DNA of 64,000 nucleotides. It comes from Candidatus Poribacteria bacterium (lineage in GTDB: Bacteria; Poribacteria; WGA-4E; WGA-3G). A program made the position numbers and the translations under genes. This document shows, piece after piece, positions 28,221-38,906 of this stretch. Within the stretch, counting starts at the first letter, position 1; every line of letters starts with the position of its first letter. Where the stretch lies: NCBI GenBank assembly GCA_965205025.1, contig CBDBFU010000012.1, positions 288,001 to 352,000 of the forward strand, read 5' to 3'. Under the pieces are notes generated by a model that saw only the letters and a list, made by a program, of their open reading frames with translations, searched no databases and had not been told where the DNA came from.

Positions 28221-30755
28221 ATGACTACTTACAAAGAAGAAATCCAACAATCAATAGTTTCCTTAAATCATAATAAATGCAAACTGCCCATATTAAGTAA
28301 AGATATATTCGATAAAATAGTTGATTACATTATTCAAGCGTTCCAGACTGAAAATCATCAGAATTTAGTATCCCATGTTGATGTTGAAATTGATGAACTT
28401 CCAAATGTATGGAAAAGGTATAATACAATAAAACCTAGTGAACTATTATTTTGTATTGAAACGAGTCTCTTCATCTGGATTAATGGTCTTTTGTTAAAAT
28501 ATGCTGTTGACTTAGAATTAGTAAAATCGTCACTATTTGAACCTCAATATACTACCGGACACGAAATTTACACTGAATTTACACGTCTGACCAATATTTT
28601 TCCAGAAAAAACTTTGGCGGATGAAAAATATTCCTGGTGGTGGAAATCAGATAGTGGCATTTCATCAGAAGTATGGAATTTAATTAAAACTCCACTTACA
28701 CTTTCTGAAATTAGATTTCTAGATGGAAATATCATTTCAGATCTTTATATGGAGTTTTTTCCACAAGAACTACGGAAGACATCTGGTGAATTTTATACGG
28801 ACAGAAGGATTATTGAATACATCCTTGATTGGGTTGGCTATACTTCTGAACAGAATCGAAATGCAAGAGGTTCTCTATCTTCAAAATGCATCATTGATCC
28901 GGCATGTGGAGCAGGTTCATTTCTTATATCTGCTTTAAAACGATATTTTCAGGATTATATAGTTGATAATAAATGGGTCACGGATGGTATTAGTGACTTG
29001 ATAATGTTAAAAAGAGTTGTAGGAGTTGATATCAATCCGTTTGCCTGTAGCTTAGCCAGATTAGGCTATTTTGTTGATTTAATTCCATATTTAATTCTTG
29101 CAAAAATTGAACAGAATAAGTTTCCGGAAATTCCATCTCTACCTATTATACATGCTGATTCTTTAATTAATCTAGATGGGGAAATAGTGAATAATTCATA
29201 TGACTATGTGGTTAGTAATCCACCATATGTAAGGATTCAAAAAATAAATTCACATGATACTAAGCAATCTTACTTAAGTTCTTATGTCTCAGCTGTAGGA
29301 AGGTTTGACCTTTATTCTCTCTTCATTGAACGAGGTCTTCAACTTCTAAAGTCTGATGGGATATTGGGGTATATAACATCCAATAAATTTATGACAACTA
29401 ATGCTGGAAAGGGAATAAGACAAGTTATCTCAAAAAGAGCTACTATTAAGCACTTGTTTGACCTTTCTGATACGAAAGTTTTTGAAGCGGCAGTACTTCC
29501 TTGTGTGTTGATTCTTAAAAACTGCAAAAACAAGAATGAGACATTTCCATTTGGATTACTTCGTGAAACTATCTATGACAAAAATTTAAAAAACGTTAGT
29601 GATGTATTTAATTACATTCGACGATATATTGCTATGGATTTCTATCAAGAAAAGGTGAACATTCAATCAAACCTAACTCGTAAAGTTAGTTTAGATATGC
29701 GAATAATTCGGTCCTTACAACCACAAGATGATGGTGACTCATGGCACTTTCTTTCTCCTGCAGAACAATCGGTCATTGATGGAATAGAAGTAAATGATAC
29801 TATTCCTTTAGGTAAAATCTCCAAGATTATATCAGGTTTAAAAACAACTGCTGATAGTGTATTCATTCACCCGATGACAGCATCATTTATTGAGAAACTA
29901 AAACTTGAGAAGGATCTTATATATCCATTTATTCAAGCAAGTAATATTGATAAATGGAAAATTCAGTGGACGGGTACACAAGAAAAAATTGATACGTATG
30001 TTCTCTACCCCCATTTAGTTACGGATAATAAGGTGGTTGCTATTAATCTTAATGACTATCCTAATACTAGTAGGTACTTAAAATCTCACTATGAGAGACT
30101 TTCTAATAGACAATATTTGAGAAATGCTGGTAGAAAATGGTATGAGATATGGGTTACTCAAAATCCCACCACATTTCAAAAACAGTTTAAAATAGTTACA
30201 CCTGATATTAAAACCCGTAATACGTTTGCTTTAGATACCAATGGTTATATGTCAGGAACATCATGCTTCGCAATTTTTCCGAATAAACAAACTAAAGAAG
30301 TGAGTTTTTATCTACTTGGAATCCTTAATTCAGATTTATTAGATTTTTATCATAAGGTAAAAGCAAGTACCTTCATTTATTCTGGACGATATCGATACTG
30401 GAAGAGTTATCTTATAAATTATCCTATCATTGATTGTCATCTAGGTACACCAAAATTAGAAGAATATTGGTTGAAGATGAAGCCTTTAATTTCAGATGTA
30501 TGCAAATTAGAATTTCAAAATGGTAATCTTAATTATGATCGTATCCCTATATCTCTTCCATGTGGTACTAATCCAACCACATTTTTTAGATTTGCGTTGC
30601 AAAAAGAAATTGTATCAGAGGTAGAAAGAATCTTGTCCTCAGATGTGAGTATGTTATCAATAACAGAAGCACGTTTAAACGATTTAGTATTCCATCTTTA
30701 CCAACTTGATGATTTTCTCAGATCAATTGTAGATAATAACTTAAGACATAATTGA
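28221..30755 (+). CDS. N6-adenine DNA methyltransferase, gamma class (TaqI/Eco57I-like) with TaqI_C-type TRD
   Basis: GEFYT, IDPACGAGSFL (motif I), GVDIN, NPPY (motif IV), DLY, SGLKTTAD, LLGILNS. Confidence 0.92.
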   Translation: MTTYKEEIQQSIVSLNHNKCKLPILSKDIFDKIVDYIIQAFQTENHQNLVSHVDVEIDELPNVWKRYNTIKPSELLFCIETSLFIWINGLLLKYAVDLELVKSSLFEPQYTTGHEIYTEFTRLTNIFPEKTLADEKYSWWWKSDSGISSEVWNLIKTPLTLSEIRFLDGNIISDLYMEFFPQELRKTSGEFYTDRRIIEYILDWVGYTSEQNRNARGSLSSKCIIDPACGAGSFLISALKRYFQDYIVDNKWVTDGISDLIMLKRVVGVDINPFACSLARLGYFVDLIPYLILAKIEQNKFPEIPSLPIIHADSLINLDGEIVNNSYDYVVSNPPYVRIQKINSHDTKQSYLSSYVSAVGRFDLYSLFIERGLQLLKSDGILGYITSNKFMTTNAGKGIRQVISKRATIKHLFDLSDTKVFEAAVLPCVLILKNCKNKNETFPFGLLRETIYDKNLKNVSDVFNYIRRYIAMDFYQEKVNIQSNLTRKVSLDMRIIRSLQPQDDGDSWHFLSPAEQSVIDGIEVNDTIPLGKISKIISGLKTTADSVFIHPMTASFIEKLKLEKDLIYPFIQASNIDKWKIQWTGTQEKIDTYVLYPHLVTDNKVVAINLNDYPNTSRYLKSHYERLSNRQYLRNAGRKWYEIWVTQNPTTFQKQFKIVTPDIKTRNTFALDTNGYMSGTSCFAIFPNKQTKEVSFYLLGILNSDLLDFYHKVKASTFIYSGRYRYWKSYLINYPIIDCHLGTPKLEEYWLKMKPLISDVCKLEFQNGNLNYDRIPISLPCGTNPTTFFRFALQKEIVSEVERILSSDVSMLSITEARLNDLVFHLYQLDDFLRSIVDNNLRHN

Positions 30756-31910
30756 TGTTGGGATAGAAATTTGAAGCTTAAAGTTTGACCCTTCAGAAAT
30801 TGAGAAATAATTATCAAACATACCACCGGACGTTATAACAATTGAGTCCACAAAAAAGTTCAGGTATTTATCTTGTTTCATAAGAGCAACAACATACCTA
30901 ATTTCTTGAGGAGATATTTCCCATTTGTTCCAGGGTGCTTGAATTGCTCTTAAATCATTAGGGAGATATTTTCCTAGATCAATTGTATCACGAAACTGGA
31001 ATTTAACCTCAATAAGTTGGTGTAGTAAATCTGGATAATCCCCTATATCAGTTTGCTGATAAGATGGATACCCGAGAGTTTTAATAATTTCTTTCTCTAA
31101 GGCTTGACCAATTAATCTTTCTTGTCCAGATCCTAGATTATCAAACTTTCTTCCAATTAATGGTCTTAGGAAGAGTGCTATCTCTTCATTAGTGAAAAAA
31201 GATGCTGGAGTGGGAGGTCGTTTGATTAGAGGAGAGGTTAATTTTTCTGATTCATTGATGATAAATTCTGATTTCTTCCATAACGGCTGTTCCATATATA
31301 TACTGACTTTGTTTCGAAGCGTCTCTACCGGACTGAAAATAACTTGAGAAGAGATTTCATCCCTATAACTCCGCTTCGCATATGCTTGCCATTTAATAGT
31401 TCGCGTACCAGTATTATCCCAGTCCGCAAGTTCATTTCCACTTATAAGAGCAGTTTTAGTAATAAGACCATCAGGATTGTGAAATACAAGAAGATAGCGA
31501 CAATCAATGTAGCGGATTGGTGAATTGTTCTCTTCATTCCATTCACCAGGAATAGCAATATCTGCATAAGGCACGTAATTCCAGATCTGTAGATTTCCTC
31601 TTGATTGCACGAAAATATCGAGCATCTGATGAATAAATTTTGGCTTATGTAGTCTCGCTTGTTTAGTTCTAAGTCCAGATGGCTTGCGGTACCTCAACAA
31701 TTCAATAATTTGAGTCTTTACCCATTGAGATTTTTGAACAGTTGAAAGTTCGGAAGGTATTAATGTATTTATGATTGGATTTGTAAGTCTAAGTATTTCA
31801 TTATCTGTGTAAAGGGCATTCGAATTGGGTGGTGTAAAAATTAAAAAATTTTCAGGTGGCAATTGATTTTCTAAATCTTGAATGTTCGATATCTTGGCAT
31901 CTAGATTCAT
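30741..31910 (-). CDS. Putative type II restriction endonuclease (PD-(D/E)xK)
   Basis: YPDLLHQLIEVKFQ catalytic-type motif; convergent with the MTase and overlapping it by 15 bp. Confidence 0.7.
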   Translation of the reverse strand: MNLDAKISNIQDLENQLPPENFLIFTPPNSNALYTDNEILRLTNPIINTLIPSELSTVQKSQWVKTQIIELLRYRKPSGLRTKQARLHKPKFIHQMLDIFVQSRGNLQIWNYVPYADIAIPGEWNEENNSPIRYIDCRYLLVFHNPDGLITKTALISGNELADWDNTGTRTIKWQAYAKRSYRDEISSQVIFSPVETLRNKVSIYMEQPLWKKSEFIINESEKLTSPLIKRPPTPASFFTNEEIALFLRPLIGRKFDNLGSGQERLIGQALEKEIIKTLGYPSYQQTDIGDYPDLLHQLIEVKFQFRDTIDLGKYLPNDLRAIQAPWNKWEISPQEIRYVVALMKQDKYLNFFVDSIVITSGGMFDNYFSISEGSNFKLQISIPTSIMS

Positions 31911-33167
31911 TGTATACTCCTACTACAATTTCAAACTATAGAAGATATCTTAAATACACATTAATTGCTGTTGTGTATTCATATAGATATCTATACTTAC
32001 TAGGATACTAACTAATTCTTATACGCGTTGTATTAGTGGATAATCCACGCTAATTTTACAGGTATTTTCTTCTGTAGCATTGACCTTCTGGTGGCTACAT
32101 GATATATGAATACAATCAATTTTAGACTGGACTGTCCACTAGTTAACATTTGCCATGTTCACATTTTACATGTTCGTCTCGTTTGCTTCTAAATTCCGCA
32201 ACTTTTTTCATACCAACAACCTTAAATTGGCGGGAATTCCGATTCCCAACTACAAACGTGTCGTGATTAGGAGATCATCCATAAAGTATGAATAGTCGTG
32301 AAAAACAACAAAACTATCACATAACTTGCTCAAGTCGTAACTATAATTTATTATTAGAATAATTTTTAGGTGAAAACAGTTATTATCCTCTTGGTTAATC
32401 TTTCCCTTGAATTAACATAATATATACATTTAAAATTACATCAATTCCTGACAGAGTCAAGAAATTCTCGGTGCTATCTGATATCTGAAACTTCATTACA
32501 GAAAGAGTACACGAGACTAAGTATCTGTCAAACAATAAGGGAATTTCTACCCCTAATTGTACAATTGAATACATTAATTTGTGTGACTTCTTATTTGATG
32601 TTAAATTCTTGTAGTTATATTCTGAAATACTTTATCTTTAATTAACCTATCGTAATTGAATTTTCGTAATGAAGTCTACATCATAGATTTATTGGTCTTT
32701 CATTTTCTAGAAGCATACACAAATTCCATTTCCTTGATATAATAGGTAGGTTTCTAACCACGGAGAATTCTACACGCGGAATCGTCGATTTCTCCAAGTA
32801 CACTGTGTTGATTCATTGGTTAGAACTTGTTAATTCATTAGTTATAACTTGCTTAATTGTCTACTAATATTAGAATAGACGATTCATTAGTGACTATTCA
32901 ATGAATCAGTTAATTCGTGTATGGAAGATGAAAATAACTATTAATGACCATGATGTTTCAGTCATATTTCAATTAGGAATATTAGCAAATAATGAGAACA
33001 CCGGTTAATTGTAAATATAAAACACATCTTGAGTGTAAGTCAGATTGATTATTAGGTTTGCAAAGGTGTTGAAAGGGCTTATAAAAAAATTCTAATTTGA
33101 TTTTACCTATAAAACTATTATCCTACTGTCAAAATTTTATAATTGACATTTTACGAAAGGAAATAAG

Positions 33168-34016
33168 GTGGAAACACCAATATACGGATTGTCCGTACGA
33201 GATGTAATAAAACACTTTAAACGGTCGAAAAAACCAGAACATAAACTACGTTTCACTGAAAAGATTAAGAATATCCTCAAACCTGAAAAAGAGATTATTC
33301 GAGCAGTGGATGGTATATCTTTGGATGTTAATATCGGGGAAATCTATGGAATTCTTGGGGCTAATGGATCAGGTAAATCCACATTAATACGTCTCATTTC
33401 AACACTTCTACTCCCTGATTCTGGGACAATACAAGTATTCGGGGATGATGTGGTTTCAAATAGTATGAAGGTAAGACGGGTCATGAATCGTGTATCTGTA
33501 GAAGCATCCTTTTTTAAACGTCTTTCATCTGCTGAGAATCTGATCTATGCTGCCCGTTTGTATGGAATATCATCCGCAGAAGCAAATAAGAAAGCAGAAT
33601 CCATATTAGAAAGACTCGGTTTTGAAGCTAAACGTATGGATGAGGAGATGGAGGCACTTTCAAGGGGTATGCAACAGAAAGTGGCGATTGCTCGTGCATT
33701 GTTAACGACGCCAATGCTTCTCCTACTTGATGAACCGACCACCGGTCTTGACCCAAAATCGAAACGCGATGTTCAAGCTTTTATTGAAGAAATTCGAAAC
33801 GACAGAAATGCTGTGATTGTATTGACAACGCATGATATGGCTGAGGCAGAAAGACTATGTGATAGAGTTGCCATTATTGATAACGGCAAGTTTATTGCTG
33901 AAGGAACAGTGAAAGAATTACTTGCAATGGTTCCAGCTAAAGAGAATTCTACCACAACAATGGAAGATGTTTTTATTGAACTTACAGGAAAAGAATTAGA
34001 AGAGGGAGATGAGTAA
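33168..34016 (+). CDS. ABC transporter ATP-binding protein (ABC-2/DrrA-like)
   Basis: Walker A GANGSGKS, signature LSRGMQQK, Walker B LLLLDEPT, TTH switch. Confidence 0.95.
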   Translation: METPIYGLSVRDVIKHFKRSKKPEHKLRFTEKIKNILKPEKEIIRAVDGISLDVNIGEIYGILGANGSGKSTLIRLISTLLLPDSGTIQVFGDDVVSNSMKVRRVMNRVSVEASFFKRLSSAENLIYAARLYGISSAEANKKAESILERLGFEAKRMDEEMEALSRGMQQKVAIARALLTTPMLLLLDEPTTGLDPKSKRDVQAFIEEIRNDRNAVIVLTTHDMAEAERLCDRVAIIDNGKFIAEGTVKELLAMVPAKENSTTTMEDVFIELTGKELEEGDE

Positions 34017-34019
34017 ACA

Positions 34020-34826
34020 ATGTTGAATATCAGAAGAGAGACAATCATCTCCTATGCTTTTATTGAACGGAATTTTAATCTACTCAAACGATATTTAAAT
34101 TGGGAGATTTTGTTTTTTAGCTACTCTATTGTTAATGCATTAACTATTGGTCTTATTATGGTTGGTCGAGGGAGTAGTCAGGATGTACTTTACCTTGTAA
34201 TTGGTGCATTAATCTGGGGTTTTCTCTCAATTATGATGCGTGAAGTTAGCGATGCGATAACCTGGGAACGTTGGGAGGGTACAATTGAATATACGTTCAT
34301 GGCACCAATTTATCGGATCACACATCTTGTAGGATCATGTTTTTTTGCTATTCTATACGGTCTATTAAGAACTGGATTGGTATTAGCAATTATGCCACTC
34401 TTTTTTGGAGAACATATTGACCTTGGAAGTGCAAATTGGTTAACGATGGGAGTCACAGTATGTGTATCCAGTCTATCGTTCATTGGAATTGGATTAATGG
34501 CTGCGATTTTTCCTTTACTCTCTCCAGAGAAAGGACAGGCTGCGACGGGGATATTACAGTCGGTTCTGTTACTCATATCTGGAATCTATTACGATATAAC
34601 AGTACTACCAGACTGGCTACAACCGTTATCACATATTTCACCCGCTACCTATACGCTTAGATCTATTCGGGCTGCGATGTTAGAAAACGCATCAATAGAA
34701 AGTCAAGCAAGCAACTTGTTGCTACTGCTTGTAATCGGTATTGTGCTTATTCCGTTTGGATTTTGGGTATTCCATCTTGCAGAGAAATATGCAAAACGGG
34801 TCGGTAGGCTAAAACGGAGTGGTTAG
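34020..34826 (+). CDS. ABC-2 type transporter permease
   Basis: ERWEGTIE motif, SGIYY..LPDWLQ..S...P.TY, six TM segments. Confidence 0.9.
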   Translation: MLNIRRETIISYAFIERNFNLLKRYLNWEILFFSYSIVNALTIGLIMVGRGSSQDVLYLVIGALIWGFLSIMMREVSDAITWERWEGTIEYTFMAPIYRITHLVGSCFFAILYGLLRTGLVLAIMPLFFGEHIDLGSANWLTMGVTVCVSSLSFIGIGLMAAIFPLLSPEKGQAATGILQSVLLLISGIYYDITVLPDWLQPLSHISPATYTLRSIRAAMLENASIESQASNLLLLLVIGIVLIPFGFWVFHLAEKYAKRVGRLKRSG

Positions 34827-34859
34827 TATTGGCTTGTTTTGAAAATAGACGAAAACCAT

Positions 34860-35639
34860 CTACCACGTATCCCTTACACTTACTCCTTCATCTGCGAGGT
34901 ATGTCTTAATACCTTCAATCGTAAATTCACCATAATGTGTAATTGATGCGACTATGGCAGCATCTGCGTTGCTGTCTACAAAAACATCACGTAAATGCTG
35001 TGGATTACCTGCACCTCCTGATGCGATTACTGGAACTGAAACTAAATCAGATATTGCTCCAGTTAATGCCAACTCATAACCTGCTTTTGTACCATCAGCA
35101 TCTATACTGTTGACAACTATCTCACCCGCACCTAATTCCACTCCACGTACTGACCATTCAAGTGCATCCCATCCAACAGGTTTTCTACCACCATCAATAT
35201 AGATTTCGTAACCGCTTGGTACTTCATTGCTTTTTTCGACCTTTTTTACTTGCATACTCAACACAACACACTGACTACCAAAGGCATGTGCACCTTCTGA
35301 AATGATATCAGGATTCCGGACAGCCCCAGAATCAATACTCACTTTTTCTGCTCCAGCAAGTAAGGCACGTCTCATATCGTCAAGAGTTCGTAAACCACCA
35401 CCAACCGAAAATGGAATAAAAATCTCTGATGCAACAGCAGAAACAACATCAATCATGATATCACGTCGTTCATTACTTGCTGTGATATCATAAAATACTA
35501 ATTCATCAGCACCACTTTCATAGTAAAAACGTGCCATCTCTACAGGATCACCAACATCAACATTCCCCTTGAATGCAATTCCTTTGGTAACTTTTCCATC
35601 TCGAACGTCTAAACATGGTATTATCCGTTTTGTAAGCAT
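34860..35639 (-). CDS. hisF: Imidazole glycerol phosphate synthase cyclase subunit
   Basis: [46 protein letters not shown]. Confidence 0.97.
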   Translation of the reverse strand: MLTKRIIPCLDVRDGKVTKGIAFKGNVDVGDPVEMARFYYESGADELVFYDITASNERRDIMIDVVSAVASEIFIPFSVGGGLRTLDDMRRALLAGAEKVSIDSGAVRNPDIISEGAHAFGSQCVVLSMQVKKVEKSNEVPSGYEIYIDGGRKPVGWDALEWSVRGVELGAGEIVVNSIDADGTKAGYELALTGAISDLVSVPVIASGGAGNPQHLRDVFVDSNADAAIVASITHYGEFTIEGIKTYLADEGVSVRDTW

Positions 35640-35680
35640 ATTAACCTTTCTTATTTCTATCTCTTATTCTCAAAATATAA

Positions 35681-37345
35681 CTAATTTTGTAATTTCTTTT
35701 TAAAGATGTTTAGTATATCATCAAATTCTTCTACCTTCAATATCTTATACATACCTGAAAGTGTAGCCATACTGATTCCAATTGGAAAAAACACAACAAT
35801 AATTCGTTCTATAAATCCATCTGTCCCTAACCAATCAATTTCTATAACACCATGAGTTATCCAGCATACAAATCCCATAACAACTGAAGCAATTATTATC
35901 TTCGATGCAGATGGAACAATTGATTTCATACCTATCTGTCCAAGTTTCTGTCTGAGTAGAAATAACAATGCTATACTATTTAGAGAGACTGTAAAAACAG
36001 TTGAAAAAACAACTGCACGGGGATCAAAGTAAAGTCCACGTAAGATAAAGAAGTAATTTAGTATGATATTTAGTAACACACCACATAAACTAACAATCAC
36101 GGGTGCTCTTATATCTTTATATGCATAAAACCCATCTGTAAGGATTTTTAGTGCTGAAAAACCACATAAACCAAAAGCATATACAAACAGGACACCACCT
36201 GTCCCAATTGTATCAGTTTCTATGAATGCGCCACGCTCATAGAGAAGTCTACAGATCGGTTCTGACAATACCATCAATCCAATCGATGCAGGTATGATCA
36301 CGGTTAACATCAAACGGATGGCATAGGACAGTGAATTGCGGAATAATTCAGTCTCTCCAGCATTAGCATGTTTTGCAAGTTGGGGTAAGGCAACGGTGGA
36401 TATAGCAACACCAAAAATACCCAGAGGTAGGTGCATGATTCTATATGCACCTTGTATCCAAGGTAACCATTCATCCTCAGAGGTTATAAACCAAGTATTT
36501 GTCAGTTGATTAATCTGTACTGCCGCTACACCTAATATAGCAGGACCCATCAGTTTCAGTACTTGGATAACTCTCGTATCACGAAAGTTTAGCAGGGGTC
36601 TATAGCGAAATCCTACCCTATACATTGACGGAACTTGTATCAGGAATTGTAATAACCCTCCAACTATAACACCAACAGCCATGCCAGTTGTTGGATGCAT
36701 GTCAAATTTTGGAAATAAATAATACCCACTTATACCAATCAATAGTGAACTGAGATTAAAAAAGGAGGATGCACATGCAGGAATCCCGAATCTTCCTTTA
36801 CTATTTAATAATCCCATAGCAATTGCTGCCATAGAGACAAATAAAAGGAATGGGAACATTATTCGGGTAAGGTAGACTGTCAGATCAATTTTTGTATCAA
36901 AAAAATAGTGCTCAGTAATATCTAATGTTTCATCAAAATTTTCACGTGCTAAGATATCAACAAGCGTAGGTGCGAAGATTATACCGAGGATTGTTATCCC
37001 AATTAGGACAACCAAGGTAAGGTTGAAGATCCGATTCGTAAGATTCCATGCCGCTTCCTCTCCATCTTCTACTTCAGTCGCAAGGAATGTGGTGATAAAT
37101 GCTTTACTCAGAATTCCTTCACCAAACATATCTCGTAGAAAATTTGGGATACGGAAGGCAAGATAGAATGCGGAACCACTTATCTTCGTTGGAAAATAGT
37201 TAAAAATAGTCATCTCGCGTACAAGACCTAAAATACGAGATGACATAACTGCAAGACTTACTATTCCTGCAGCACGAGTGACTTTATGATTCTGCTGTTC
37301 GGCAGAATGTGTTTCATTTTCTACCATTAATTGTTCTATAATCAA
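35681..37345 (-). CDS. murJ: Lipid II flippase MurJ (MviN)
   Basis: SRILGLVRE, AFRIPNFLRDMFGEG, LPLGIFGVAISTVALP, LYERGAF. Confidence 0.95.
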   Translation of the reverse strand: MIIEQLMVENETHSAEQQNHKVTRAAGIVSLAVMSSRILGLVREMTIFNYFPTKISGSAFYLAFRIPNFLRDMFGEGILSKAFITTFLATEVEDGEEAAWNLTNRIFNLTLVVLIGITILGIIFAPTLVDILARENFDETLDITEHYFFDTKIDLTVYLTRIMFPFLLFVSMAAIAMGLLNSKGRFGIPACASSFFNLSSLLIGISGYYLFPKFDMHPTTGMAVGVIVGGLLQFLIQVPSMYRVGFRYRPLLNFRDTRVIQVLKLMGPAILGVAAVQINQLTNTWFITSEDEWLPWIQGAYRIMHLPLGIFGVAISTVALPQLAKHANAGETELFRNSLSYAIRLMLTVIIPASIGLMVLSEPICRLLYERGAFIETDTIGTGGVLFVYAFGLCGFSALKILTDGFYAYKDIRAPVIVSLCGVLLNIILNYFFILRGLYFDPRAVVFSTVFTVSLNSIALLFLLRQKLGQIGMKSIVPSASKIIIASVVMGFVCWITHGVIEIDWLGTDGFIERIIVVFFPIGISMATLSGMYKILKVEEFDDILNIFKKKLQN

Positions 37346-37562
37346 GCGTTAATGCATAGGGATATATTGTGAATGTGTGTTCCTTAGAGTTTGTCTTGTA
37401 AGTAAGGTTGACTTTGCGAACTCCTACAAGAACCAAAGATTATTCACGAATGTGAATATTATAGCTAAAAATATCGAAAACTAAATCACCGTGTCCTGTC
37501 TATTTGATGCTTGACATTGATACTAAATTTAGATAAAGTTACATTGATAAGGAGACCTTAAT

Positions 37563-37943
37563 ATGGAAGAAAAACGTTATTTTACTGTTGAAGAGGCAAA
37601 CGCTTGTATACCTAAAATTAAACCTGATATATTTGCTCTTCAAGAAATAAGAGAAGATTTAGAGAAACTACATGGTGAACTAAAACCCTTCATAGAGTCG
37701 ATTCCTTCCAATGGAGGGCACAAGAAAACTCTTTCCTTCATGCATGCTGGTGATGAATTCAGACAGATCGTTAAGCGAATAGAAAGTCATGGGTGTCATC
37801 TGAAAGGACTTGATCCACCTTTGTTAGACTTCCCTCATATTCGAGATGGTAAAGAAGTATACCTATGCTGGCGTTTTGGTGAAGATGAAATTCGTTATTG
37901 GCATGAAATTGACAGCGGTTTTGCAGGACGGAAACCCTTATAG
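37563..37943 (+). CDS. DUF2203 family protein
   Basis: FTVEEANA...LLDFP...VYLCWRFGE.EIRYWHE...GFAGRKPL; upstream TTGACA-N17-TAAAGT and GGAG RBS. Confidence 0.85.
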   Translation: MEEKRYFTVEEANACIPKIKPDIFALQEIREDLEKLHGELKPFIESIPSNGGHKKTLSFMHAGDEFRQIVKRIESHGCHLKGLDPPLLDFPHIRDGKEVYLCWRFGEDEIRYWHEIDSGFAGRKPL

Positions 37944-37973
37944 AAACCCATTTGGTTGGTATGGTGAATAATC

Positions 37974-38768
37974 CTATTTTGATGAATTCATGAAATAGAA
38001 GTGGTTTGTAGGTCCATGACCATTACCAATATCTAATGCATGTTGAATTGCCCCAGTGATATATATTTTTGCAGTCTGAATTGCTTCAATTAGATTCTTT
38101 CCCTGTCCTAAGTGTGTTGCAATCGCAGCAGAATATGTACAACCGGTTCCATGAGTGTTTTTTGTTTCAACCCAAACAGACTCGAAAAACGACCAATCTC
38201 CTTTATAATATAGTACATCCGTTGCCTTTTCATCCTCCAAGTGTCCACCTTTAACAAGTACAGCCTTACACCCCAGTTCAGCAATTGATTTTGCTGCCTT
38301 TTTTGCATCCTCAACAGAATGTATTTCCTGTTGAGCCAATAGTTCCGCTTCGTGTATATTCGGTGTGATAAGTGTTGCTATAGGAATAAGTTCTTGTTTT
38401 AAACTATTGATTGCTTCCTCTTTTAATAGAGAAAACTTGCTTTTAGATATCATCACAGGATCTACTACAATAGAATTCGGTGTGTATTCTTGAAGTTTCT
38501 TTGTTACTGTATTTACGATTTCAGAGGAAGAGAGCATACCTGTTTTTACACTGGCTACTTCAAAATCTGTAAATACAGCATTGAGTTGTGCTTCAATAAG
38601 TGAAAGCGGCAGATCAAAGGCTTCTGTTACGGCTACAGTATTCTGTGCAGTGACTGAGGTAATTGCCGACATAGCGAAGCCACCGTTAGCTGAAATTGCC
38701 TTGATGTCGGCTTGAATTCCTGCCCCACCACCAGAATCTGAACCTGCAATCGTTAATATCTGTTTCAT
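37974..38768 (-). CDS. thiD: Hydroxymethylpyrimidine/phosphomethylpyrimidine kinase
   Basis: LTIAGSDSGGGAGIQADIK, VKTGML, VDPVM, TPN, KGGH, THGTGCT. Confidence 0.97.
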   Translation of the reverse strand: MKQILTIAGSDSGGGAGIQADIKAISANGGFAMSAITSVTAQNTVAVTEAFDLPLSLIEAQLNAVFTDFEVASVKTGMLSSSEIVNTVTKKLQEYTPNSIVVDPVMISKSKFSLLKEEAINSLKQELIPIATLITPNIHEAELLAQQEIHSVEDAKKAAKSIAELGCKAVLVKGGHLEDEKATDVLYYKGDWSFFESVWVETKNTHGTGCTYSAAIATHLGQGKNLIEAIQTAKIYITGAIQHALDIGNGHGPTNHFYFMNSSK

Positions 38769-38906
38769 CGTTAATAATCTTCTAAAGTTTCAATCTTATC
38801 TAATACTATTCAAAACCATATAGAAAACACATAGTATAGTTGCTAAACTAAAGGATAATTTCCATTATATCATATATTCTTATGAATGCAAACCCCACAA
38901 AAAAAG

